Source: Octopus vulgaris
Taxonomy: Eukaryota
NCBI GenBank assembly: GCA_951406725.2
Contig: OX597837.1
Span: forward strand, 21,638,001-21,702,000
DNA length: 64,000 bases
Reading direction: 5' to 3'
Part shown: in pieces, positions 24,174 through 35,840 of the stretch
How positions within the stretch are numbered: position 1 is the first letter of the stretch
Layout of the letters: each line of letters begins with the position of its first letter
Translations under genes and position numbers: made by a program
Notes under the pieces: model-generated
The model's input: the letters and a program-made list of their open reading frames with translations, nothing else
Database searches by the model: none
Told to the model about the DNA's origin: nothing

Positions 24174-24394
24174 CCCTTTAGTGTTCGCATTATTCTGCCA
24201 AAATTAATCCTTTTTTATCCACACTGCCTTGAACTAATCCTGCATTATCTTGTAGCTATGAGATTTTGATGAGGTAGCTGTTAATTTTTCAAACAATACT
24301 GTAGGGCTGGTGTGAGAGACCAGATATGGCCAGTCTGAACATAAAACAGGCAGAATACTTTTGGCCGGATATAGCCGGTTTAAATGCTAAAGGG
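24174..24394. mobile_element. piggyBac-type MITE (family 2)
   Basis: TTAA|CCCTTTAG...CTAAAGGG|TTAA. Relatives near 4237-4424, 12050-12740, 13430-14130, 47838-48053 and 57711-58251. Confidence 0.8.
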
Positions 24395-24595
24395 TTAAAG
24401 TGTAGACCAACCTTCCTTGTACTGGATTTTCATGCATCTTCTCCCAGTTTTCAGACTATTTGTTGAAAAATGAAGTCCCTTTTTGTTTGCTAACATAAAA
24501 GAATCTTCATAACAAATGTGGAAGGCCAAGTTCAAATACATGTACCATCAATGTTTGATCAGTTACCAGAAATATAGTGAGTGTGTATATATGAT

Positions 24596-24725
24596 GACTG
24601 GCTATCGACAATGGTGTGATTGAGTCTCAAATGCTGGTTGGCTATCTAATATAGTGTGACCATGCCTTAGTGCTGATTGGCTATGAAAAGTGGTACATCT
24701 TCACTACTCGATGTTGATTGGTTAT
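24596..24725 (-). promoter_or_regulatory. Four CCAAT-like boxes at about 40-nt spacing inside the Tc1 5' region
   Basis: g(a/g)(c/t)tgg(c/t)tat at 24596, 24636, 24675 and 24716. Two are exact CCAAT on the minus strand. Confidence 0.4.
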
Positions 24726-25000
24726 TGAAGATGAAGTAACAATCTACGTATTTACTCCCACATACTAGAGTTTTATATGCTCTTAGTTTTCCAATTATCT
24801 ACTTTAGTGTAAACAAAATATCAATTTTGAAGCATCATAGGTTAGAGAACAATAAAATATCATTTGAAGATGACTACAAAAATAATTATGAGCAGGAAGG
24901 TGGCATAAAGCCAACTAAGAACAACTGTTTAAGAAACTATCAAGAATTTTGGCCACTAGCGTGTATACATAAGTCTCTGTCTCTCTTGCTAAATATATAT

Positions 25001-25545
25001 ATCATCATCATCATCATTGTTAAACGTCTGTTTTCCATGCTAGCATGGGTTGGACGGTTCAACTGGGGTCTGGGAAGCCAGAAGGCTGCACCAGGCCCAG
25101 TCTGATCTGGCAGTGTTTCTACGGCTGGATGCCCTTCCTAACGCCAACCACTCCGTGAGTGTAGTGGGTGCTTTTTACATGCCACCTGCACAGGTGCCAG
25201 ACGAGGCTAGCAAACGGCCATGATTGGATGGTGCTTTTTACGTGCCACCGGCACGGAGGCCAGTCGGGGCGGCGCTGGTAACGGCCACGTTTGGATGGTT
25301 CTCTTACGTGCCATCGGCACTGGTATCACAGCTACAATTTCCAATGATGTTGATCGATTTTGATTTTGATTTTCATTTTCACTTGCCTCAACAGGTCTTC
25401 ACAAGTAGGGTTTGTGTCACAAGAAGGAAAGGTATGCATAAGTGGGCTGGCTAAGTCTCAGGTAGAGGCCACAGGTTATGGTCTCACTTGTCCTGCCGGG
25501 TCTTCCCATGCACAGCATACTTCCAAAGGTCTCGGTCTCTGGTCT
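25001..25545 (-). mobile_element. SINE-like family C
   Basis: (cat)n followed by the family C consensus. Confidence 0.78.
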
Positions 25546-26712
25546 GTTTCAGTCATTAGACTGCAGCCATGCTGGGGCACCATCTTGAAGAATATTTTAA
25601 CCAAATCAATTGATCCCAGTACTTATTTCTTTAAGCCAGGTACTTATTCTATCAGTCTGTTTCCCAAACTGCTAAGTTTCGGGGACATAAACACATCAAC
25701 ACTAAATGACAAGCATTGATGGGAGACAAACAAAAACACACACATATACGACAGGCTTCTTTTAGTTTCTGTTTACCAAATCCACTCAAGGCTTTGGTTG
25801 GCCTAAGGTTAAAGCAAAAAACTGTTGCCCAAGGTGCCATGCAGTGGGACTGAACCTGGAACCAAGTAGTTAGTAAGTAATCTTCTTATCACACAGTCAC
25901 TCCTGCACCTTCGACAACTCCAGGACTTACTTTTGGTTAAGCTTGGTAATTATCCTATCAGTCTATTTTAGCCTTGGAGAATTCTTTGGTTGAATGGTTC
26001 AACCCCAGGTCTTATTGTATTGATTCTTTTCTAAATCGCTAAGTTATGGGGACAGAAACACACCGGCACCGGTTGTCAAGTGGTGTTGGGGGACAAACAC
26101 ACAAGGACATGCATACACACATATAGATATGAAGAAATTTTAGTTGAATGAATTGACCCCAGGACTTGTTTTTTGTTAAACCTGGTACTTATTTTATCAG
26201 TCTGTTTTAGCTGAACCGCTAAGTTACAGGGACATAAACACACCAACACCAGTTGTTAAGCAGTGGTGGGGGACAAACACAGACACAAAGACAACATACA
26301 TATGACAGGGTTCTTTCAGTTTCCATCTACCAAATCCACTCACAAGGCTTTGGTCAGCCTGAAGCTACAGTAGAAGACACTTGCCCAAGGTAGCACGCAG
26401 TGGGACTGAACCCAGAACTATGTGGTTGGGAAGCAAGTTTCTTATTTCTTTACTGCCCACAAGGGGCTACACACAGAGGGGACAAACAAGGACAAATGGA
26501 TCAAGTTGATTATATTGACCCCAGTGCGTAAGTGCTACTTATTTAATCGACCCCGAAAGGATGAAAGGCAAAGTCAACCTTGGCAGAATTTGAACTCAGA
26601 ACATAAAGACAGATGAAATACCACTAAGCGTTTCACCCGGTGTGCTAACGTTTCTGCCAGCTCGCCACAAGTTGGGAAGCAAGTTTCTTACCACACAGCT
26701 ACACCTGCACCT
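25545..26712 (-). mobile_element. Stack of family A SINEs with a family B copy nested at about 26440-26667
   Basis: Repeated family A bodies. The duplication gttgggaagcaagtttc flanks the family B copy. Confidence 0.75.
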
Positions 26713-26728
26713 ACATATATGTTTTTTG

Positions 26729-27145
26729 GGATCTTTTCGGTTTGAACGGCAGTTTTTTAAAATAATTTCCACGTAACTAAACAATTTTAAACTTCGTATA
26801 CTGGTAGAATGTGTTTATAAAACATCTTTTTCTCTTGGCTTTATTGAGAAAATTCTATAGTTTGTAAGATATTTGTTGTTTTTTTTCTTCAATTTCTGCA
26901 ATTTCAACCAATCAATGACGTCTTATTGAGGTAAAAAAACATTCTGTGCCGTATGAATATGTCCCTTGTTCGTTTAAGAAACAGATTGGGTTTATTTACA
27001 TTTGTGAAGAAAAAAAAGATACCCTTCCCCCACCCCTAACCGTAAAATAGATTGAAATGCAATAAATCGATACTAGGGTCATAATTATGGGTGACAATTT
27101 CATATGACACCGCTAGAAAAACTGCCTTTCAAACCGAAAAGATCC
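26729..27145. mobile_element. MITE with ~30-bp TIRs (GGATCTTTTCGGTTTGAA...)
   Basis: ggatcttttcggtttgaacggcagttttt / aaaactgcctttcaaaccgaaaagatcc. A partial relative lies at about 10865-11110. Confidence 0.8.
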
Positions 27146-27317
27146 GGGTTTTTTTCTTTTTTTTTTTTAGAAATGTGTATTCCCTGGTATTACATGGTAG
27201 AGTATGTCACTTCTCTTGTATAACAGGCTCAGAAGGAGTGCGGGGACAGAGAAAAACAGGACACTTAAGGAGTTCTTTTGTTTATAACAAAAACAAAACA
27301 AAAAATAAGGGACTTAC

Positions 27318-27374
27318 CTGATGACTGATCATATTCTCCAATAAACCTTCTGGTAAGGAATCGGACAGACAATG
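27318..27374 (-). CDS. RERG: RERG-family small GTPase, 57-nt coding exon (switch I): (A)LSVRFLTRRFIGEYDQSS
   Basis: Minus strand reads ctttag|CATTG...TCATCAG|gtaagt, phase 1/1. The peptide matches the RERG-type ALxVRFLTxRFIxEYD segment. Assignment is to the family; exact orthology is untested. Confidence 0.9.
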
Positions 27375-27718
27375 CTAAAGAAGAGAGAGAGAGAGAAAAG
27401 TTACAATTACATTACTTTTTACATAGGTACAAGACGCACGAAGAATGAAATTTCCTCTTCAATAATACGACATAATGTTTGCAGTGAATTTCACCTTTCA
27501 ACCAATCATCTACATACTCTTTACTCTTTTACTTGTTTCAGTCATTTGACTGTGGCCATGCTGGAGCACCGCCTTTAGTTGAGCAAATCGACCCCAGGAC
27601 TTATTCTATCGGTCTCTTTTGCCGAACCGCTAAAAACACAGGGATGTAAACACACCAGCATTGGTTGTCAAGCGATGTTGGGGGGGGACAAACACCGACA
27701 CACAAAGACACACACACA

Positions 27719-27904
27719 TGTCCCAGCATGGCCACAGTCCAGTCACTGAAGCAAGTAAAAAGATAGAAAATATATATATATATATATATAAATATATATA
27801 TAAAGATAGAAAATATATATATATATATATATATATAAATATATATATATATTTTTCTATCTTTTTACTTGCTTCAGTGACTGGACTGTGGCCATGCTGG
27901 GACA
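27719..27904. repeat. Inverted duplication of a SINE tail around a (TA)n centre
   Basis: 27719-27770 is the reverse complement of 27853-27904. Confidence 0.9.
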
Positions 27905-28037
27905 CCACCTTAAAGGGTTTAGTCGAACAAATTGACCCCGGTATTTTAATCCTTTAGTATTCAGATTAATCTACCAACTGTAATGCATATTTGACTGCAT
28001 TGTTTCAAGTTAATCATGTATTATCATGTAGCCTTGT

Positions 28038-28193
28038 GAAGAAGAAGAAGAAGAAGAAGAAGAAGAAGAAGAAGAAGAAGAAGAAGAAGAAGAAGAAGAA
28101 GAAGAAGAAGAAGAAGAAGAAGAAGAAGAAGAAGAAGAAGAAGAAGAAGAAGAAGAAGAAGAAGAAGAAGAAGAAGAAGAAGAAGAAGAAGAA
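28038..28193 (+). repeat. Pure (GAA)n microsatellite, about 52 units
   Basis: Direct inspection. Confidence 0.97.
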
Positions 28194-28982
28194 TGAAAGA
28201 AGAAGAAAGGCAAAAGGAGAAAATCAAAACAGCTGGAAGACAGATCCTAGGAAGATAGATTCAGCTTCTAAGGCAAAGAGAAAAGAAAAACAAAGGTGGG
28301 TGGGGGAAGCAGGAAAAGGAGGCTGGGGCACCGAATATGAAATTCAAATGGTATTAAGGTTTAAAAAAATCTGAAGAGGAAATGTAGAAAGGTTAAGTAG
28401 TATAGGTCATTTATGAAAAAAACCCCTTATTTGATCTGAGCAGTCTGCTAGGTGGCAGTAACAGTAGGTTATCATTAAACATCTTAATGTATTTACGTAC
28501 ATTTTCTTTTATGTATGTTTATGTTATGTTCAAAGTTTCTGGATAGAATGGGGGAGAGAGAGAGAGAGAGAGAGAGAGACCCTACTGTGTGGGTCTTCAT
28601 GAAGTAGACATGACAATCTCTATAACAGGCATTGGCAAACTTTATCAAGAAGCAGGCTACATGGGACATGGCACATCATCAGATGGACTTGCACGACTAA
28701 AAAAAATTCAAGGTGATTTTTTTCATTGAATGTGCTATTCCAAAAAATCCTGGTCACATCAGAAGGGCTGGACCTTGTGGTTTCAATGGTGAGTATTCAG
28801 GAATTCCAACAACTGATCCATCTTGATGAATTAGCATGTGATCTGGCTGAGTATTCCACAAACACATGTACTCTTAATGTGGGCAGAATTAGCAAGTCAG
28901 TCAACGACAAGGCTGGACATTTGAATCTGAGGAAAAAGCCATTAACTGGCCTTCACACATTTTCCATCTTTCTTTTCTTTTC

Positions 28983-29464
28983 TCTCTTTTACTTGTTTTA
29001 GTCATTTGACTGTGGCCATGCTGGAGCACCGCCTTTAGTCGAGCAAATCGACCCCAGGACTTATTCTTTGTAAGCCTAGTACTTATTCTATCAGTCTCTT
29101 TTGCCGAACCGCTAAGTTACAGGGACATAAACACACCACTATCGGTTGTCAAGCGATGTTGGGGGAACAAACACAGACACACAAACATATACACACACAT
29201 ACATATATACAATGGGCTTCTTTCATGAACACACCAGCATCGGTCGTCAAGCGATTTTGGGGGGACAAACACACACACACACACATATATATATATACAC
29301 GACAGGCTTCCTTCAGTTTCCGTCTACCAAATCCACTCACAAGGCTTTGGTTGGCCCGAGGCTATAGTAGAAGACACTTGCCCAAAGTGCCATGCAGTGG
29401 GACTGAACCTGGAACCATGTGGTTGGTAAGCAAGCTACTTACCACACAGCCACTCCTGCGCCTA
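28983..29464 (-). mobile_element. SINE family A with an internal duplication
   Basis: Family consensus with the acacacca...gggggacaaacac block repeated. Confidence 0.82.
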
Positions 29465-29611
29465 TTTACTTTCACTCAAAGGGGTTGGGTCAACTGAAGG
29501 CTAGAATAAAGGGCACTTGTTCAACACGCTCTGCAGGACTGAACCTTAGATCTCATGATTTCAAAGGGAACTTCTTAACCATTCAACCATGCTGCATCCA
29601 TAGTGAAAGGT

Positions 29612-29648
<37 letters not shown>

Positions 29649-29962
29649 CAAATTATGTATATTAACAAGTAATGATCTAGAGAAGTACTCAATACAAATG
29701 TAGAATGTATTAGTACATGTGGGCCAGTCCAGGGCCCTGTAACCCTAACCCTGTGTGCAGCTGCTTCTTCATAGAGACAAGTTCAAACTTGTGAAAAGAT
29801 AGGCTTCATCACTACAAGAGCAGAGTCAGCATGGGTAAAGATTACATTCAAACAAGGTTAAAATAACAACTCACATATGACAGCAGAGACTTGTCTGAAG
29901 AAGTAGTTACTTGCTGTGGAAACACCCAAAGTATCAGGCCACTGGACTGACCCAAATGAAGA

Positions 29963-30005
<43 letters not shown>

Positions 30006-30367
30006 CCATCATCATCATCATCGTTTAATGTCTGCTTTCCATGCTGGGTTGGACGGTTTGACTGGTGAGCCAGAAGGCAGCACCAGGCTCCAATCTGATC
30101 TGGCAAGGTTTCTGTAACTGGATGCCCTTCCTAACACCAACTACTCCGAGAGTGTAATGGGTGCTTTTTACCAGCATGAGGGCCAGTCAGGCAGTACTGG
30201 CACTGACCACGTTTGTATGGTACATTTTATGTGCCACTGGCATGGGAGCCAATCTGGTGGGACTGGCATTGACCATGCTCAAATGCTGCTTTTTACATGC
30301 CACCAGCATGGGTGCCAGTCAGGCAGTACTGACATCAGCCATGACAATGATTTCACTACTTAACAGA

Positions 30368-30575
30368 CATGGGCATCAAAACTGCTCCTTAGCCTCCCTA
30401 CAGTCCAGACCTTATTCCCTGTGACTATTGGTTGTTCCGCAAGCTGAAGGAGAACCTCAGGGGCAGTTGTTTTGAAGATGAAGGAGGCTGTAATAAGAGT
30501 CCTGAATGCCTTAACTTTGAAGGACTTGCAGGTATCTTCAAAAAGTAGCTGGAGCACTGCAATAATTGCACTGAA
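30368..30575 (+). mobile_element. mariner transposase relic
   Basis: Translates as GIKTAP*PPYSPDLIPCDYWLFRKLKENLRG (YSPDL motif). Confidence 0.7.
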
Positions 30576-30633
30576 AGAGATTAGAGTTTGTACTTCTTTG
30601 GTATTAATAAATGTTTATCCTAACACCTATATG

Positions 30634-30683
<50 letters not shown>

Positions 30684-30780
30684 ATGGGAAAGTTTACAAA
30701 AATAAAGAAAAGACAAAGGCAGGTGGAGTACAAATAAACAAATGTATTAGTATAGCGCTCAGGAATAGAAATAGAACAAG

Positions 30781-30818
30781 TCTTTTACGTTTCGAGCCTA
30801 TGCTCTTCGACAGAAAGA
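30781..30818 (-). ncRNA. Minimal hammerhead-like fold, A6U core, in a Penelope-type insert (about 30685-30890)
   Basis: tcttt CTGTCGA a gagc-atag-gctc GAAA cg TA aaaga. Confidence 0.6.
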
Positions 30819-31252
30819 TACACAGAAATAAACAAGGCGAGAAACAAGGAGAGAAAAAAATGCGTGTAGGAGCTAACGATCTATCATATGTATGCATGTG
30901 TGTATTGATGCATGAATACAAAAGAAATAGGAACTAAAAATCTAGTCAAATACTCTTTAAGCACTCCGTATGAGTCTAACTTGGCTAACCAAATTGACCA
31001 GTGAAAGTTATTGCAATCCATGTAGTCAATCTGTTACATATCCAATTTGTAAATTCCAATATAAATTCAGTATAAAGTTACAGAGTACAGTGCAAGAACA
31101 CAAATGGATGAAGAATTATAAATTCTTAATCAGCTTACACAGATTTTGGATACATTGGTATTACATAATTCCATGATTTATGCAATACAAATGTAGCCAA
31201 AATGCATGGAAGCTGTTTAAAAACGTATAATCCTCCTTTTTATTTTTTATGT

Positions 31253-31288
<36 letters not shown>

Positions 31289-31534
31289 CTGTGTGTGTGT
31301 GCATAGATGTGGTTATGTGCTAGTAAATTTGCTCCCCAACCACATGGTTTTCACTTCTGCGTTTATCTCTCCACTACCGCTTGATGAGTGTTGGTGTGTT
31401 TACTTCCCCGTAAACACACAGTTTGGTGAAAGAAATTGATAGAGCAAGTACCAGACTTAAAATAAGTAAATACTAGTGTCAATTCATTTGACTAAAATCC
31501 TTCTAGCATAGCCACAGTCTGATGACTGAAACAA

Positions 31535-31569
<35 letters not shown>

Positions 31570-31574
31570 AACAT

Positions 31575-32245
31575 TATCATCATTATCCTTTAATGTTTGC
31601 TTTCCATGCTAGCATGGGTTGGACGATTTGACTGAGGACTGGTGAACCAGATGGCTGAACCAGGCTCCAATCTTGATCTGGCAGAGTTTCTACAGCTGGA
31701 TGCCCTTCCTAACGCCAACCACTCCGAGAGTGTAGTTAGTGCTTTTACGTGCCACTGGCACGAGGGCCAGTCAGGCGGTACTGGCAACGGCCATGCTCAA
31801 ATGGTGTTTTTTACGTGCCACCTGCACAGGAGCCAGTCCAGCGGCACTGGCAAAGACCTCACTCGAATGTTTTTTCACGTGCCAGTAAGGCGATGCTGTT
31901 AACGATCATGCTCGAATGGTGCCTTCTACATGCCACCGGCATGGAAGCCAGTTAGCTGCTCTGGCAACGATCACGCTTGGATGATGCTCTTAGCGCTCCA
32001 CTAGCATGGAAGCCAGTCATCAAATTTGATTTCAATTTCACTTGCCTCAACAGGTCTTCGCAAGCAGAGTTTAGTGCCCAACGAAGGAGAGGTATGCATA
32101 AGTGGGTTGGTTACACCTCTGGCATAAGCCACAAGGTTATGGTCTCACTTGGCTTGCCGAGTCTTCTCACACACAGCATATTTCCAAAAGTCTCGGTCAC
32201 TAATCATTGCCTCGGTGAGGCCTAATGTTTGAAGGTCGTGCTTCA
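31575..32245 (-). mobile_element. SINE-like family C, long copy
   Basis: Family consensus with several internal repeats. Close relative at 48949-49497. Confidence 0.8.
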
Positions 32246-32335
32246 GGAAATGGAGATTTAAAATTGACATATTTTAAATGTAATTTATTAACATAATATT
32301 ATATTACAATTATAATATAATATGAATAGAAATAC

Positions 32336-32430
32336 AAATATTATTCCTACGAATTGTTTCGATTCATACCCAATAATGCATTTATATAAAATTCATACTT
32401 ATGGGTATGAATCTCATCAGGGAAATATTT
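32336..32430 (-). ncRNA. Type I hammerhead ribozyme, canonical core
   Basis: aaatatttcc CTGATGA gattcataccca...tgggtatgaatc GAAA c-aattc-g TA ggaataatattt. Stem II is 12 bp, stem I is 10 bp with a 2-nt bulge, site GUA. Confidence 0.8.
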
Positions 32431-32729
32431 GACAAAGTTAGACCATATTTCATGTAAGGATTGTTAATTTCTAGAGTAGACTGAATTAAATATGTCTGTA
32501 AGCGTGAACATCAATAATTTCAAAATATAATAAAAATAAAAAATTCAAATAAATAAAAACTAGTATAATGGTCATAAAATAGTCCTATGCACTTTTAATA
32601 ATACTAATCTAAAAATATTTCTGCCCATTATTTTTTATATAGAATATCTAAATAATAATATCATTTTTGGTTTTATCAATAGAGTCTATTGATAAAACCC
32701 AATCTATAAACATATAACACTTTCTACTC

Positions 32730-32850
32730 AAGCCCTGATGAGATTCTACCCAATATTATTCAAAATGCTATTTTATTATTATCATTGGATTTATTCCAGC
32801 CTTTGAATCTGCAATTATATATTGGATTGAAGTGAAATGTGTGTAGGCTT
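32730..32850 (+). ncRNA. Decayed type I hammerhead with long stem II
   Basis: aagcc CTGATGA gattctacccaatat...atattggattgaagt GAAA tgtgtg TA ggctt. tgtgtg is plausibly CpG-decayed cgcgcg. Confidence 0.6.
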
Positions 32851-32874
32851 TTTTGACTTTATTTTTGGTAGTAT

Positions 32875-33089
32875 ACTCTTTTACTTGTTTCAGTCATTTG
32901 ACTGCAGCCATGCTGGAGCACCGCCTTTAGTCGAGAAAATCGAACCCCAGGACTTATTCTTTGTAAGCCTAGTACTTATTCTATCAGTCTCTTATGCTGA
33001 ACCACTAAGTTACAGGGACATAAACACACCACTATCGGTTGTCAAGCGATGTTGGGGGAACAAACACAGACACACAAACATATACACGC

Positions 33090-33128
<39 letters not shown>

Positions 33129-33295
33129 TACAATGGGCCTCTTTCAGTTTCCGTCTACCAAATCCACTCACAAGGCTTTGGTTAGCCCGAGGCTATAGTC
33201 AAAGACACTTGCCCAAGGTGCCACACAGTGGGACTGAACCCAGAACCATGTGGTTGGTAAGCAAGCTACTTACCACACAGCCACTCCTGCGCCTA
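32875..33295 (-). mobile_element. SINE family A
   Basis: Full family consensus. Confidence 0.85.
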
Positions 33296-33380
33296 TGTTA
33301 AATTAATTTTATATCCTTACAAGCTCTCCATTCTTCTTCTTTAATCATATTATATATATATATGTGTACACACACATACA

Positions 33381-33614
33381 CACGGTGTTTTCAAAAAGTC
33401 TCTCCGCAGTGAATTTTTTTTCCAACTCTCCAAGATGTATTTCAAAACATGTGTAGAAGAGTCAACTTATGTATTGAAAATGAAGGACGACACTTTCAAC
33501 AGCTCTTATAAAGTTTTTTAAAGTCTTGTAAAGTCTAATACATTCTTTTGTAGTCTTTACTCCATCCTATAAAATTTATTTTGCAATAAAATACTGCAGA
33601 GAGACTTTTAGAAC

Positions 33615-33620
<6 letters not shown>
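33381..33620. mobile_element. Tc1/mariner MITE
   Basis: TIRs ggtgttttcaaaaagtctctccgcagt / actgcagagagacttttagaacaccc. Confidence 0.65.
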
Positions 33621-33645
<25 letters not shown>

Positions 33646-33654
<9 letters not shown>

Positions 33655-33933
33655 TAACAATGAGGGTCTTTGCAACAAGTTGCTAGACCACATACCGAAA
33701 GTATTAGAAATAGCAGCCAGATGACTGCCATTTCCTTTTACTACAAAAATATGTCTCCACAGACAACAGTATTTGTAACACATTATGTGGCAAAAATGAG
33801 TTACAAATACTGTTGTCTGTGGAGACATATTTTTGTAGTAAAAGGAAATGGCAGTCATCTGGCTGCTATTTCTAATACTTTCGGTATGTGGTCTAGCAAC
33901 TTGTTGCAAAGACCCTCATTGTTATAATTATAT
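33646..33933. repeat. Perfect palindrome, 134-bp arms, 20-nt spacer
   Basis: 33646-33779 is the reverse complement of 33800-33933. The ORF track gives near-identical peptides on both strands. Confidence 0.95.
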
Positions 33934-34024
33934 TAACTCTTACCGAATATGGTCCTTTTCCATACCGAAAAACTACTTGGTGAAATTTGTTGATTTTATT
34001 AAATTAATTATATTTCACCCTTTA

Positions 34025-34070
<46 letters not shown>

Positions 34071-34857
34071 CAGATAGATAGGTAGATGGCTAGATGACAG
34101 ATAGTCAGACAGATAGATACTTGTTAGAAGGAATTCAGTATGGTTTCTGTCTAAAAGAATTTCACTCACAAGGCACAAGTCATTATTCAGCCTAAGCTTA
34201 TGGGAAACACAAGCCCAAAGAAGCCACGTAAATGGCCTTGAACTCAGAACCCCTCAGTTACAAACTGACCTGCTTACCATACCACTGCTTAACCACCACA
34301 CAGCTATGCCTACTCGTGTATCTGTCCCGGGGTTTCACTGGCATTTTGCCATGACCTCAGAACGACGGTCGGCTGAAATGAGGGCAAAGTAGAAAGTCAA
34401 GAATTCAGAGCTAAAAACCTCTTGTAGCAAATCTTAAGTTTAAACAGCCATATGATTGTGCAAAACAAATGAACTTATGAAAGACTTAATTCATTAGTTT
34501 TGCTGCCAGAAAATGCTAAGCTCTTCTTCTACTCCGTTCCTCTATATATCTCTCATTAATTATCCCACTCACCCCCCCCCACCTACGCTCTTCTATCTCT
34601 CAGTAATTATCTCCCCTCCTTTCACCTCTACACTCCACAGCATCTGTAACGGGTCTTTACAGTGTTTTTATTTATGCTGTTCGTGCTTGTTTGCTTGTTT
34701 ATGTTTTTTTTGCTAACTGACTGGGTTGGATGAGACAGTTAATGGCAGGTTCACACACACACACAAGTCTACAGAAATATATATATATATATATATATAC
34801 ATACATACATTCTCACATATGTACACACATTCACACACACAGACACACATCACCAAC

Positions 34858-34899
<42 letters not shown>

Positions 34900-34901
<2 letters not shown>

Positions 34902-35291
34902 TCTTTACTCTCTTTTACTCTTTTACTTGTTTCAGTCATTTGACTGCGGCCATGCTGGAGCACCGCCTTTAGTCGAGCAAATCGACCCCGGGACTTATTC
35001 TTTGTAAGCCCAGTACTTATTCTATCGGTCTCTTTTGCCGAACCGCTAAGTGACGGGGACGTAAACACACCAGCATCGGTTGTCAAGCAATGCTAGGTGG
35101 ACAAACACACACACATACACATATATACATATATACGACAGGCTTCTTTCAGTTTCTGTCTACCAAATCCACTCACAAGGCATTGGTCGGCCCGGGGCTA
35201 TAGCAGAAGACACTTGCCCAAGATGCCACGCAGTGGGACTGAACCCGGAACCATGTGGTTGGTTAGCAAGCTACTTACTACACAGCCACTC

Positions 35292-35295
<4 letters not shown>
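34900..35295 (-). mobile_element. SINE family A (young, CpG-rich)
   Basis: Full consensus. Further copies at 36218-36607(+), 37449-37803(-), 50893-51350(+), 55170-55570(+) and 59359-59785(+). Confidence 0.87.
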
Positions 35296-35378
<83 letters not shown>

Positions 35379-35460
35379 AGCCAAACATGAAAGCACAAAA
35401 AACACAACACGAGGACATGGAACAAATATAGTATTATTGGACGCTCAGGAAAGAAGGAGG

Positions 35461-35495
35461 GTTTAACGTTTTGAGTGGTGCTCTTCGTCGGAAAC
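35461..35495 (-). ncRNA. Decayed minimal hammerhead, U4C core, in an insert at about 35375-35565 within (TA)n
   Basis: gttt CCGACGA a gag-cacca-ctc AAAA cg TT aaac. G12 is mutated to A. Confidence 0.5.
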
Positions 35496-35777
35496 ATAGG
35501 AGAAGGAAAGATCCAGAGAAGGGAAGACAGAGGAAAAAAATTGCCAACGGTACACACGCGGTCACATATATATATATATATGTGCACATATAAGCAAAGA
35601 TATTCACATGCATATACATATCCTCACACATACACACAACCCATAAGCACAGAAGTGGCTTATTGCTAAGATGTTCACTTTCCAACCACATGGTACCTTG
35701 GGCTAGAGTCTTCTACTATAGCCCTGGGCTACTGAAAGCCTTGTGAGAGCAGACATAGCTGCTGGAAGCTGAAAGAA

Positions 35778-35840
<63 letters not shown>

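Larger units (their letters stand above)
19924..24963 (-). mobile_element. Fragmented Tc1-like transposon with ~170-bp TIRs and many nested insertions
   Basis: 19924-20100 is the reverse complement of 24790-24963. Decayed transposase motifs FQQDIAP*H and PGNSPKLNKVENLW occur on the minus strand at about 20370-20495. Confidence 0.7.

Noticed and set aside
27991-28374. Poly-K, poly-S and poly-L ORFs
   Set aside because: They are translations of the GAA microsatellite.
29735-29752. Telomere-like taaccc repeats
   Set aside because: Only about two units, expected by chance.
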